In this document: positions 18,179-28,140 of the stretch, piece by piece | How positions within the stretch are numbered: the stretch's first letter is position 1 | How the letters are laid out: each line of letters starts with the position of its first letter | Assembly: GCA_964440115.1 (NCBI GenBank) | Contig: CAYTPV010000001.1 | Location: 275,792-339,791 of the forward strand | Reading direction: 5' to 3' | DNA length: 64,000 nt | From: an uncultured Oscillospiraceae bacterium | GTDB taxonomy: Bacteria; Bacillota; Clostridia; Christensenellales; CAG-138 | Made by a program: the position numbers and the translations under genes | The notes under the pieces: model-generated | Database searches by the model: none | What the model was told of the DNA's origin: nothing | The model's input: the letters and a program-made list of their open reading frames with translations, nothing else

Positions 18179-20020
18179 ATGAGTCAGGTTTTCCCGGACA
18201 TTGCTCCAGGATATTCGCGAACGCGCAGATTCAGGAATTTTCTTCTGAACGCGGTCACGAATCCCTATAATATCATGGTGGCAGTATCCATTATATTGCT
18301 TGCATATCTGATCGTGGTGCCGCTTTTCGACATGATCTCCACTACCTTTGAGGCCGCACAGAAAGATCTTGCCCGCATTGGCGCAGGAACAAAAATAGGC
18401 GATTTCACTCTGTACTACTGGAACCGTTTGCTGTTGACGGATGTCAGCTCCGCTTTGCTGTATAAGCCGCTGCTCAATTCGCTGATGGTCTCTTCCATCG
18501 TATCTGTTATGAGCATTACGCTCGGATCGGCGCTGGCCTGGCTTATGGTTCGCTCCGATCTGCCCGGAAAGAAATTTCTTTCCCTGGCGATTATTATTCC
18601 GTATATGCTTCCTTCCTGGTGTAAATCCATGGCTTGGATCTCCGTGTTTAAAAACACGCGCATAGGCGGAAATCCCGGCTTTCTGAATGCGCTTGGCATA
18701 CAAACGCCGGATTGGCTGGCTTACGGCGCAGTTCCCATCATTTTGGTGTTGACAATTCATTACTATGCATACGCGTATTTGCTGGTATCGGCCGCGCTTG
18801 GTTCGATTAACAGTGAATTAGAGGAAATGGGCGAGATCGCGGGCGCCAACAAGAGAAGAATTCTTTCGCGCATTACATTCCCACTGGTGCTGCCCGCCAT
18901 ACTCTCCGCATTCATACTCACATTCTCCAAGTCCATGGGTACGTTCGGCGTACCGGCGTTTCTGGGCATGAAAGTGAATTTCTATACCATATCCACCATG
19001 CTCTATTCCACTGTCAAACAGCGAAACACCACCATAGGTTTCGCGATTGCCATGATACTCATCGTTATCGCTTCCATCAATGTGTTCCTGAACCAGCGCG
19101 CAATCGGCGCACGGCGAAGCTACGCAACAATCGGGGGCAAGGGCGGCCGTTCAACGCTGATTTCCCTTGGAGCAGGAAAGCCGATCATACTGGTGCTGGT
19201 GCTGCTGTTCATCGCGATTGCGGTATTGGGGCCATTGTTCATACTCTGCATCGACACGCTGATGCTCAAGCCCGGCGTGTATTCATGGTATAATGTGTCC
19301 CTGCATTATTGGATAGGCGAAGCGGGCAAGCTCAAAGACGTATTTGAAGGCGAACCCGGGGTATTGGCCAATCCGCGGTTCTGGACCAATCTGTGGAATA
19401 CGCTTGAGCTCGTGCTGACGACTTCCGTGTTCGCCACTCTGTTTGGGCAGATTGCCGGATATATCACCTCCCGAGGCAGGGGCAAGTTCTCCGGCAGGCT
19501 GGTGGAACAGCTCGTATTCATCCCGTATCTGATCCCCTCCATTGCGTTTGGCGCAATATATCTTTCCATGTTCTCAAAGCCGCAGCTTTTCATCCCTTCA
19601 TTGTACGGAACTTTTGCGCTGATGGTGCTCGTAAGCGTGGTCAAGCATCTGCCGTTTGCCAGCCGCGCGGGGACCGCCAACATGCTGCAGATCGGGTTGG
19701 AACTGGAGGAAGCGGCCAATATTGAAGGCGCGTCGTTTGCAAGAAGGTTTGGCAAAATCGTGCTGCCGCTTTCCAAAATGGGCTTTATTTCCGGTTTTAT
19801 GCTGATATTCATCAGTATCATGAAAGAACTCGACCTGATTATTCTCATCGTAACGCCCAAGCTGGCAACATTGCCGTACATGGCGTTCTCGTACAGCAAC
19901 GGCAATATGGACCCTTATTCCAATGTCGTGGCAGTGATTATGTTCCTCATCGTATTGTTTGTATATTGGCTGACAAATAAGCTGGGCAAGGCGGATATCG
20001 CCAGCAGCATGGGAGGTTGA
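18179..20020 (+). CDS. ABC importer permease, fused double-domain (iron(III)/FbpB-like)
   Basis: About 12 TM segments with two binding-protein-dependent permease EAA-like loops. RBS AAGGAGG. Confidence 0.75.
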   Translation: MSQVFPDIAPGYSRTRRFRNFLLNAVTNPYNIMVAVSIILLAYLIVVPLFDMISTTFEAAQKDLARIGAGTKIGDFTLYYWNRLLLTDVSSALLYKPLLNSLMVSSIVSVMSITLGSALAWLMVRSDLPGKKFLSLAIIIPYMLPSWCKSMAWISVFKNTRIGGNPGFLNALGIQTPDWLAYGAVPIILVLTIHYYAYAYLLVSAALGSINSELEEMGEIAGANKRRILSRITFPLVLPAILSAFILTFSKSMGTFGVPAFLGMKVNFYTISTMLYSTVKQRNTTIGFAIAMILIVIASINVFLNQRAIGARRSYATIGGKGGRSTLISLGAGKPIILVLVLLFIAIAVLGPLFILCIDTLMLKPGVYSWYNVSLHYWIGEAGKLKDVFEGEPGVLANPRFWTNLWNTLELVLTTSVFATLFGQIAGYITSRGRGKFSGRLVEQLVFIPYLIPSIAFGAIYLSMFSKPQLFIPSLYGTFALMVLVSVVKHLPFASRAGTANMLQIGLELEEAANIEGASFARRFGKIVLPLSKMGFISGFMLIFISIMKELDLIILIVTPKLATLPYMAFSYSNGNMDPYSNVVAVIMFLIVLFVYWLTNKLGKADIASSMGG

Positions 20021-20026
20021 GCAGGA

Positions 20027-21154
20027 ATGAGCAAGATAGAGTTAAACGGCATTGATAAATACTACGGCAGCAATCATGTATTGAAGGACCTTGATCTCAC
20101 CATCGAGGATGGCGAATTCATGACATTGCTCGGCCCCTCCGGCTGCGGCAAAACGACGACACTGCGCGTGATATCAGGCCTCGAACGCCCGCAGAACGGC
20201 ACCATACACATGGACGGCAAGGAAATCGTAAACGCAAAAGAGCTGTTTTTCGAATCTCCCAGCAAACGTGGACTGAACCTTGTATTCCAATCCTACGCGC
20301 TCTGGCCGCATATGACGGTATTCAACAATGTTGCGTTCGGCCTCACCATTAAAAAACTGCCTAAGGATGAGATCAAACGCCGCGTAGAAAACGCGCTGGA
20401 ACGCATGCAGATAGGCGAATTCGCGAAACGCTATCCTTCCGAGCTTTCCGGCGGACAGCAGCAGCGCGTTGCCATAGCACGCGCCATTGTCAGCGAACCT
20501 AAGCTGCTGCTGCTGGATGAGCCTCTTTCCAATCTTGACGCAAAGCTACGCATCGACATGCGCTCCGAACTCAAACGGCTGCACCAGGAACTTGGTACCA
20601 CCGTCGTTTATGTCACACACGACCAGATCGAAGCGCTCACCATGAGTACGCGCGTGGCCATATTCTTTGACGGCGTACTCGCACAGGTGGATACCCCCAT
20701 CAATGTCTACAGCAATCCCGCCGATCTTCGTATTGCTGACTTTATCGGCAATCCGCGCATCAATCTGGTGGACGCAAAAGCATCCGTTGCAGGCGGCAGG
20801 ATGCGCGTCGTATCCGATCTGGGCGTATTTGAATTTGATAAGCAGGATTTCGCCTGCGAGGATATGCCCGCCGGCGAATTCGACTGCAGGCTTGGGCTGC
20901 GGCCGGAACAGATATTTATTCGCAGAGGAAATGGGAATGGCCTTTCCGGCACGATATACGCCTGCCAGCCGGCTGGTTCCGAAACGCTGCTGCAGGTGCA
21001 AGTTGGCAAAACGCGCATGCTCGCAAAGGAAATCGGCTTGGCTCACTTCACCGAAGATGAGAAGGTATCAGTCGCCATCCGTCCCAACCGCATCAACGTC
21101 TACAGCAAAGAAACCGGCAAACTCCTTAAATTTGCCCGCGAGGATGAAGAATAA
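20027..21154 (+). CDS. ABC importer ATP-binding protein (PotA/FbpC-like with C-terminal TOBE-like domain)
   Basis: Walker A GPSGCGKTT, signature LSGGQQQRVAIARA, Walker B LLLLDEP. Confidence 0.85.
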   Translation: MSKIELNGIDKYYGSNHVLKDLDLTIEDGEFMTLLGPSGCGKTTTLRVISGLERPQNGTIHMDGKEIVNAKELFFESPSKRGLNLVFQSYALWPHMTVFNNVAFGLTIKKLPKDEIKRRVENALERMQIGEFAKRYPSELSGGQQQRVAIARAIVSEPKLLLLDEPLSNLDAKLRIDMRSELKRLHQELGTTVVYVTHDQIEALTMSTRVAIFFDGVLAQVDTPINVYSNPADLRIADFIGNPRINLVDAKASVAGGRMRVVSDLGVFEFDKQDFACEDMPAGEFDCRLGLRPEQIFIRRGNGNGLSGTIYACQPAGSETLLQVQVGKTRMLAKEIGLAHFTEDEKVSVAIRPNRINVYSKETGKLLKFAREDEE

Positions 21155-21235
21155 CAACTTTCTCTTTCGTATTTAGCACAACGATATTTGCCGATAGCGT
21201 ATTCGGCAATAAGCAATAAATAAGGAGGACGAACT

Positions 21236-22471
21236 ATGAAAAAGTCCCTGGTGGCACTGCTTTTGGTGTTCGGTATGCTGATGATGTACGGATGCACAGC
21301 ACCCGCGCAAGCCCCTGCTGCAACCGAAGCCCCCGCCGCTCCGGCTGAAACGGCCGCACCCGAGCTGCCCCCTGCCCCCACCGCTGAACCCGAAAGCTGG
21401 GCAGTCAAGAACAAGATCACAACCGGCACCGAAACCACCGACGAGTTGTACGAACTTGCCAAGCAGGAAGGAAAAGTCACCCTTTACTCTATTTCCAGCC
21501 GCTGCACGAAGGTTAAGGAAAGCTTCGAAGCGAAATATCCCGGCATTATCTGCGATGCTTTTGATATTTCCTCGGACGAGTTGATGGAAAAAGTCACCCG
21601 TGAATATGAATCCGGCGTGCGCAACGCGGACGTCGTACACTGCAAGGATCTGAACGGTTCTGTGTATACGGAAAAAGTCTCTACGGGCATTTTCTACAAC
21701 TACTATCCGGATGATATCGTATCCTCCATATCCAACAAGGATCTGATCAAATACTCCATGCCGCTTTATATCGAGCTCAACCAGTGGTTCTACAATTCTA
21801 AACTCTATGACGCTGCTCCCATTGACAGCTGGTGGGATCTTACCCGCGAAGAGTGGAAGGGCAACCTCATTATGCAGGACCCCGTGGGCGACATGAACTA
21901 TATGTCCGTGTTCACCTCCTTCCTCGCGCATGTTGACGAAATCGAAGCGGATTATGAGCGTGAATTCGGCGAGAAGCTCGTGCTTTCCGAAGGCTGCGAG
22001 AACGCCGCATATGAACTGATTTACAGACTGTTTAACAACGACGTGGTATTCATGTCCTCTTCCGACGAAGTGTGTGAATCCGTCGCCGGCACCGGCGTTA
22101 CCGAAAAGAAACTCGGTTACGGCGCATCTTCCAAGGTTCGCAAGAACGCGGATAACGGCTGGTCGCTCGCTCCCATCAACATCCTGCCCGCCACCGGCAT
22201 TCCCAATCTAAACAACCTGTATATTGTCAACGAATGCCCGCATCCCAACGCAGCCAAACTGTTGGTTCGCTGGATGGTAGGCGAAGCAGACGGAACAGGC
22301 GAAGGGTTCAACCCGTTCAACACGCTGGGCGGCTGGTCCGTACGTGATAACGTACCCGACAAAGAAGGCAATACGCCGCTGTCTCAGCTTAACGTATGGC
22401 CCTCTGATGTTATGTTTATCTACGACAATCTGCAGACTATGGAAGACTTCTTCCTCAAGATGCGCGGCTAA
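21236..22471 (+). CDS. Extracellular solute-binding lipoprotein (iron(III)-type SBP)
   Basis: Signal peptide with a lipobox (LMMYGC) and a low-complexity Ala/Pro linker, then a periplasmic binding-protein fold. RBS AAGGAGG. Confidence 0.75.
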   Translation: MKKSLVALLLVFGMLMMYGCTAPAQAPAATEAPAAPAETAAPELPPAPTAEPESWAVKNKITTGTETTDELYELAKQEGKVTLYSISSRCTKVKESFEAKYPGIICDAFDISSDELMEKVTREYESGVRNADVVHCKDLNGSVYTEKVSTGIFYNYYPDDIVSSISNKDLIKYSMPLYIELNQWFYNSKLYDAAPIDSWWDLTREEWKGNLIMQDPVGDMNYMSVFTSFLAHVDEIEADYEREFGEKLVLSEGCENAAYELIYRLFNNDVVFMSSSDEVCESVAGTGVTEKKLGYGASSKVRKNADNGWSLAPINILPATGIPNLNNLYIVNECPHPNAAKLLVRWMVGEADGTGEGFNPFNTLGGWSVRDNVPDKEGNTPLSQLNVWPSDVMFIYDNLQTMEDFFLKMRG

Positions 22472-22496
22472 TACGCTTCCCCCATTTCCCATGGTC

Positions 22497-22524
22497 AGCG
22501 CCTGCGGGATATCCCGCAGGCGCT
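22497..22524. repeat. 28-bp perfect palindrome (probable terminator of the ABC operon)
   Basis: AGCGCCTGCGGGAT|ATCCCGCAGGCGCT. A 16-20 bp direct repeat of its right arm (TATCCCGCAGGCGCTA) recurs at 22744-22765. Confidence 0.7.
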
Positions 22525-22530
22525 AATATT

Positions 22531-22560
22531 TCGAAAAAGTGGAAGCATCCACTTTTTCGA
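22531..22560. repeat. Perfect 13-bp-arm inverted repeat
   Basis: TCGAAAAAGTGGA-agca-TCCACTTTTTCGA: a hairpin flanked by an A-tract and a T-tract, which looks like a bidirectional terminator. Confidence 0.6.
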
Positions 22561-22568
22561 TGTTCACC

Positions 22569-22669
22569 GCGCAAGTTAACGCTCGGTCTCCAGCTTGCGC
22601 AGGAAAGCTGTCGCGTCAACTTACGCTCTAAGGTGTCATTTTGCACCGCACATGTCGCTGCAAAATGAC
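22569..22669. repeat. Nested imperfect hairpin plus a perfect 11-bp-arm inverted repeat
   Basis: GCGCAAGTTAACGC...GCGTCAACTTACGC (12 of 14 complementary) encloses CAGCTT...AAGCTG. Then GTCATTTTGCA-N13-TGCAAAATGAC, which is perfect. Confidence 0.5.
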
Positions 22670-22842
22670 ATATTGAAAGCCTCAAATTATACGGAATTTT
22701 GCAGGATTTTACCTGGGGATGTATCGAGAGCTTGATACGCTGGGTATCCCGCAGGCGCTATATTATACCTAGTTGCGATGCCTGTCCCGGCAGGTTATGA
22801 TAAATACGGTCGCACCAATCAATACAATCAAAGGACAAAATT

Positions 22843-23296
22843 CATGAGTATATTCACAGATGCAAACGGAAACCAGAAAAACGTGCTGCTGATTAAGGCA
22901 TTTAGCCTGAGCATACTGTTTATCATCATTTTTGTGCTGGCTTACATGCTCAGTGCGGATATTGTTGCGCAATCGGTCAGCAAGGATACCGGATCGCCAC
23001 TTCTTGTGTGGCTCCCCCCCATTCTGATTTCTCTTGCCGCCTCCGCTTTCTGTTGCGGGCTGTTCGCCGTATTTACGGATAAGCTGCTGATCCCCGCGGC
23101 ATTTTCATTCTTTGGCGTGTACTTTATCGTCTGTATAATCGCACTCTATACAGTGGCAGACAAGTCCCTCACGGCTGTCGGAACGCAGTTTGTGTGCCTG
23201 TATCTGCTGCCGCCCGTATTAATTGGCAACCTGATGAGCTGGGGCATTTATTGGCTCATCAACAAATCAAACGGCCCCCGCAAAAGGAGCCGCTGA
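22843..23296 (+). CDS. Hypothetical small membrane protein (4 TM)
   Basis: Hydrophobic segments and no recognisable motif. Start chosen at MSIFTD. Confidence 0.4.
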
Positions 23297-23334
23297 CACT
23301 TTAAAGCACGCTTTTCTCTAAATAAAAGCCGCCT

Positions 23335-24216
23335 CTATTCCGCTTTATACCATCCTTTGACCATCTCATCAAAGGCATTCTGCTGTGCCTGCTTTTGCAG
23401 CAATGTGCGGATTGCGCCTGAAACCTCCTCATACGGTACGGTTTTTGCCTGCATGCGGTCCAGCAGCTGTATGATATGATAACCGGCTTCAGATTTGATA
23501 ACGCCGCTGATCTCCCCCGCGTTTTGAAGGGCAAGCGCCGCCTGCTTGAATTCCGGCAAATAGTCCCGCTGCGTTTCATACGATCCTACAAGATAGCCCG
23601 TTCGATTATACGGCTCTGCCTTCATACCGGGGTCCGTTCCGTATTCCTCAAGCAGCGCGTCAAAGGATTCTCCTTTGCTGATGCGGGAAAGTACTTGATT
23701 GGCCGTCTGTTCATCAGCCACCAGTATGTGCCTGACATGAATATACCCTTCCGGCACGATTAGCGGCGGAACACCGCCGTAGAGCTCGTATCCTTCCTGC
23801 TGCCCTTTGAACATGCCGGGATCATCCGCAAATGCCTTCTGCAGCGCTCCGAGACGTTCGTCATACCATTTTTGCACGTCGGCTTCCGGCACGGATATTG
23901 GCTGAATAAGCAAATCCCTTAGTTTGGCCGAAAGGGTTTCGATTTTATATGACTGGAGCAGCTCTGCCTGCTGCTCCTTTGTAAGCGTAACACCCGCTTT
24001 CAAATACTCCGCTGTATCCGCATCTGCTTTTTGCGCAACCTCACTCAATTCCGATTCGGAAAGCACGATGCTGCGCGCCTGTGCTTCGCCCAGTATTGCT
24101 TCTTCATAGCTTGTGTAATACGACGTCACGATAGGCTTTTGCGATGGCTGCTTGCAGCAACCGACCGCTAGAATGAATGTAGTGCAAACGATTGCGTAAA
24201 TGTATAGTTTCTTCAT
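23335..24216 (-). CDS. prsA: PrsA-like foldase lipoprotein (parvulin-type PPIase)
   Basis: Signal peptide with a lipobox (LAVGCC) and a PpiC/parvulin domain (HVRHILV...GYHIIQL). Confidence 0.75.
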   Translation of the reverse strand: MKKLYIYAIVCTTFILAVGCCKQPSQKPIVTSYYTSYEEAILGEAQARSIVLSESELSEVAQKADADTAEYLKAGVTLTKEQQAELLQSYKIETLSAKLRDLLIQPISVPEADVQKWYDERLGALQKAFADDPGMFKGQQEGYELYGGVPPLIVPEGYIHVRHILVADEQTANQVLSRISKGESFDALLEEYGTDPGMKAEPYNRTGYLVGSYETQRDYLPEFKQAALALQNAGEISGVIKSEAGYHIIQLLDRMQAKTVPYEEVSGAIRTLLQKQAQQNAFDEMVKGWYKAE

Positions 24217-24530
24217 GTATCCCCCGGCATAATGTGTTATTGATTATGTGAAATGCTTATTTGTGGTCGACCTGAAGGGAATTTGTCGTGTATTCGTATT
24301 ATAGCATACCAAACCGAATTTTAGACAGTGTAATTCTATACAAGTACCCGGACTTTCAAGCAAATCAAAACCATGCCTGACGCGTGGTATGCACAAGCCC
24401 TAAAAGGGCATGATACAAGCAAATGGTCTTAAGACGATTGAAAGTCTATCAATCGCATTGCTATCACAGGCCGCATGCTTTTACTTGCTGCCCAAAATCG
24501 CATTTGATCTGAGCATCCCCAAACGCAAGA

Positions 24531-24614
24531 TGTGAAAACCAAAATTTCACTTGATAAATTTCAGACAAAAAGGAAAGATTGATACTTGCATTTCATCACG
24601 AATGTGATATATTA
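24531..24614 (+). promoter_or_regulatory. ldh upstream region with inverted repeats and candidate promoter elements
   Basis: TGTGAAAACCAAAATTTCAC (24531-24550) and ATCACGAATGTGAT (24594-24607). TTGATA and TTGCAT -35-like hexamers with a TATATT -10-like hexamer. Confidence 0.3.
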
Positions 24615-24743
24615 GATGGAAATTGAATAGATTATAATGGGGAGGAATTTTTAGTTCCCGTTATTATTCTATCGTTGTGACTTTAGGTCAAAGAAGACCT
24701 TTGAACAATAACCCAAAAAACTAATTAGAAGAAGGCAAATGTT

Positions 24744-25694
24744 ATGGCAGGCAGGAAATCGAAAATAGCGATCATTGGAGCCGGATTTGTTGGAGCAACG
24801 ACTGCGTACACGATCGCGACCAACCACTTGGTGCAGGAAATCGCCCTCATCGACGTCAATCGTGAAAAGGCGAAGGGCGAAGCTATGGACATCAGCCACG
24901 GATTATGCCACATGGGACAGATGGAAGTCTACGAGAGCGATTATTCGGCGTGCGCAGACTGCGACATCATTATTGTTACCGCAGGCCTGAACCGCAAGCC
25001 GGGTGAAACGCGACTTGATCTTGCAAAAAAGAATGTCCCCATTGCCAAGGAAATCACCGAAAACATTATGAAATACTACACCCGGGGCGTCATTCTGGTA
25101 GTAGCCAACCCCGTTGACGTGCTGACATACCTGATACAGAAATGGTCCGGTCTGCCTTTGGGCCGCGTAATGGGCACAGGCACGGCACTGGACAGTTCCC
25201 GTTTCCGCACACTGGTAAGCGACCGCATCGGCATCGATATCAAGAACGTGCACGGCTATATCATCGGCGAACACGGCGATGCGATGGTTCCGATGTGGAG
25301 CGCAACCAACATCGCAGGCGAGCATATCGACGATGTTTGTCAGGCCTTGAATATACCCGTATTGACCGACGCGGATAAAGCAGCGCTCGTTGAACAGGTA
25401 AAAACCGGCGGCGCAGACGTCATTAAGTTCAAAGGTGCGACCTATTTCGCCATTGCGTCTGTTACCTCTAATATCTGCGAGGCTATTCTGAAAAACCAGA
25501 ATACCATTAAAACGGTTGCCTCCGTTATCGAAGGCCCGTTTGGCATACACGACGTTGCGCTCAGCCTCCCCTCCGTTGTCAACAACGAAGGCGTATCCCG
25601 TGTGCTGGATCTGCACCTTTCGGAAACCGAAAAGACTGCTCTTGAAGCGTGCGTTGGCAAAATGAAATCCTTCCTGGATCAGGTTCAGGCATAG
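24744..25694 (+). CDS. ldh: L-lactate dehydrogenase
   Basis: NAD motif IAIIGAGFVG, substrate/catalytic GEHGD, and the LDH/MDH fold. RBS not obvious. Confidence 0.85.
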   Translation: MAGRKSKIAIIGAGFVGATTAYTIATNHLVQEIALIDVNREKAKGEAMDISHGLCHMGQMEVYESDYSACADCDIIIVTAGLNRKPGETRLDLAKKNVPIAKEITENIMKYYTRGVILVVANPVDVLTYLIQKWSGLPLGRVMGTGTALDSSRFRTLVSDRIGIDIKNVHGYIIGEHGDAMVPMWSATNIAGEHIDDVCQALNIPVLTDADKAALVEQVKTGGADVIKFKGATYFAIASVTSNICEAILKNQNTIKTVASVIEGPFGIHDVALSLPSVVNNEGVSRVLDLHLSETEKTALEACVGKMKSFLDQVQA

Positions 25695-25966
25695 AGCTTC
25701 ATGAAGATATGGAGCTGATTGCATATGCAATCAGCTCTTTTTTTACCTATTATATAATTGTTGTTCCGCTGAAAGCTCTCATTCAATAGCCATAAGCAGC
25801 CATCTCACTAAATCGGCGCCCCTATAGTCCAGCTTGGGAAGCAACACGTCAATGGTGAATGATAATACGCCTTTTTCATTACTCAATATAGTCTTGACAC
25901 GACGCGTATAGAGGACTATTATTGGCTTGCTAACAGTTAGAAAGCTAATAATGGAGATGCAACAAT

Positions 25967-26389
25967 ATGCAGCTGAACATGTCCATATACCGAATATTCC
26001 ATGCCCAGAAAAACTGGATACGGCCCCGCATGTCGAAGATCGGCTTCTCCCCCGGTCAGCCCAAAGTGCTTACCCACGTACATGCGCATAACGGCTGCAA
26101 TCAAAAAGACATTGCGCAGGCACTGGATATCGAGCCGGCCACAGTATCCAAAATTCTCAATAATATGGTGGAAGCAGGATATGTGGAACGATCCCCCCTC
26201 GCCCAGCGAAGGCGCGCGGAATCGGTTCGCATCACCGGAAAGGGCGAAGAATTCTACCAGAAATGGGAGGCACTTTGCAGTGAATATGAGGATCTCGTAC
26301 TCAACGGCTTTTCCGAGCAGGAAAAGGAACAGTTCGCGCTTTACCTTCGCCGCGTATACAGAAATATATCCGGCAAGGAACTTGAATGA
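25967..26389 (+). CDS. MarR-family transcriptional regulator
   Basis: Winged-helix motif (QKDIAQALDIEPATVSKILNNMVEAGYVER). It is the first gene of an ABC exporter operon. Confidence 0.8.
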   Translation: MQLNMSIYRIFHAQKNWIRPRMSKIGFSPGQPKVLTHVHAHNGCNQKDIAQALDIEPATVSKILNNMVEAGYVERSPLAQRRRAESVRITGKGEEFYQKWEALCSEYEDLVLNGFSEQEKEQFALYLRRVYRNISGKELE

Positions 26390-26415
26390 AATAAAATTGA
26401 AGTTGGGATAATATC

Positions 26416-28140
26416 GTGCTGAAACGTTTATATGGCTATTTTGCCGGTTATAAAAAGCATCTCATCATCAGCATCATATGCGTCATATTTGAAAGCGGAC
26501 TGGAAATGTCAATTCCGCTGCTGCTTGCGCAAATCATTGACGTAGGCGTCGCCAATAAAGATAAAATGTATATCCTGTACAAAAGCGGTGAAATGATAGG
26601 GCTTGCAGTGGTTTCCCTTGTGCTTGGCCTTTTGTATTCCCGTTATGCGGCAATGGCAGGCCAGGGATTCGGCGCGGAACTGCGTAAAGCGCAATACCGA
26701 AAAGTACAGGAATTCTCGTTTGCGAATATCGATCGCTTTTCTGTTCCATCACTGATCACACGACTGACCGGCGATATCACCGTGATGCAGAACACCGTAT
26801 CAAATGGACTTCGTCCTGCCATTCGGGGTCCCATCATGATGGTAACCGCAGTGATTATGACATTGTCGCTCTCGTCGCAATTATCCTTGGTATTCGCAGT
26901 TTCCATTCCGGTGCTCGCGCTGCTGCTTATACTCATACTCAGGAAGCTAAGCCCTATATATGGCAAGATGCAGCGCATGCTGGATCAGCTCAATTCTGTG
27001 GTGCAGGAAAATCTCACTGCTATCCGCACAGTAAAATCCTTTGTGCGCGGCGACGATGAATATAAGAAGTTTTCTTCCGCAAACGAGGATTTCCGGCAGA
27101 CCTCCCAAAACGCGTTTCACTACGCGCAGCTGAATTTGCCCAGCTTCCAGTTTGCCATGTACGGCACCATCGTCGCCATACTGTGGTTTGGTGCGATGTA
27201 CATTCGAGAAGGCACGCTCAAGGTAGGCCAGCTCACAGGTTTTTTGAGCTATGTGCTGCAGATACTCAATTCCCTCATGCTCATCTCCAACTCCTTCCTG
27301 CTGCTCAGCCGGTCGTTAACTTCCGGGCGGCGCATATTGGAAGTCATGGATGAGCAGCCGGAAATCACGGATGGCGGCAGCGCCGCACTTGTACAGCGCG
27401 GCGAAGTGGAATTTGAACATGTATATTTCAAATACACGCAGAAAGCAAAAGAGTTTGTACTGACGGATATCAATCTGCACATCGACGCCGGGCAGACGAT
27501 CGGCATCATAGGCCCCACAGGTTCGGCAAAATCATCGCTGGTGCAGTTGATCCCGCGGCTGTACGATGTAAGCTCCGGTGCTGTAAAAATCGACGGACGC
27601 GATGTGCGCGAATACGGCATAACGCATTTGCGGGACGCCATAGGCATCGTGCTGCAGAAGAATACGCTGTTCTCGGGCACCATACGGGAAAACCTCAAGT
27701 GGGGCAACGAAAACGCGACCGACGAGGAGCTGGACTGGGCCTGCCGCATTGCCTGCGCGGATGAATTCATCGCGCGCTTCCCCAACGGATATGATACGGA
27801 CCTTGGGCAGGGCGGCGTCAATGTATCCGGCGGCCAAAAACAGAGGCTGTGCATCGCCCGCGCGCTCTTGAAACGCCCCCGCATACTGGTATTCGATGAC
27901 TCCATGAGTGCGCTCGATACCGCAACAGAAGCGCGCGTGCGTGAGCTTCTGGCCGAAGAGCTGAAGGATACCACCAAAATCATCATCACCCAGCGTCTGA
28001 CTTCCATTGAGCGGGCGGATCTCATCCTGGTACTGCGCGAAGGCGGCATTGAAGCCGCCGGAACCCATGAGGAACTGCTCCGGTTCAATCCCATGTACCG
28101 CAACCTGTACGAGTTTCAACAGAAAGGAGCGACCGCATAA
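26416..28140 (+). CDS. ABC exporter, fused permease-ATPase (heterodimer half 1)
   Basis: Six N-terminal TM segments, then an NBD: Walker A GPTGSAKSS, signature VSGGQKQRL, Walker B LVFDD. Confidence 0.85.
   Translation: MLKRLYGYFAGYKKHLIISIICVIFESGLEMSIPLLLAQIIDVGVANKDKMYILYKSGEMIGLAVVSLVLGLLYSRYAAMAGQGFGAELRKAQYRKVQEFSFANIDRFSVPSLITRLTGDITVMQNTVSNGLRPAIRGPIMMVTAVIMTLSLSSQLSLVFAVSIPVLALLLILILRKLSPIYGKMQRMLDQLNSVVQENLTAIRTVKSFVRGDDEYKKFSSANEDFRQTSQNAFHYAQLNLPSFQFAMYGTIVAILWFGAMYIREGTLKVGQLTGFLSYVLQILNSLMLISNSFLLLSRSLTSGRRILEVMDEQPEITDGGSAALVQRGEVEFEHVYFKYTQKAKEFVLTDINLHIDAGQTIGIIGPTGSAKSSLVQLIPRLYDVSSGAVKIDGRDVREYGITHLRDAIGIVLQKNTLFSGTIRENLKWGNENATDEELDWACRIACADEFIARFPNGYDTDLGQGGVNVSGGQKQRLCIARALLKRPRILVFDDSMSALDTATEARVRELLAEELKDTTKIIITQRLTSIERADLILVLREGGIEAAGTHEELLRFNPMYRNLYEFQQKGATA

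Noticed and set aside
24531-24550. Canonical Rex operator at ldh.
   Set aside because: The half-sites fit, but the spacer is 9-11 nt rather than 4-6 nt. It is kept only as a low-confidence regulatory note.
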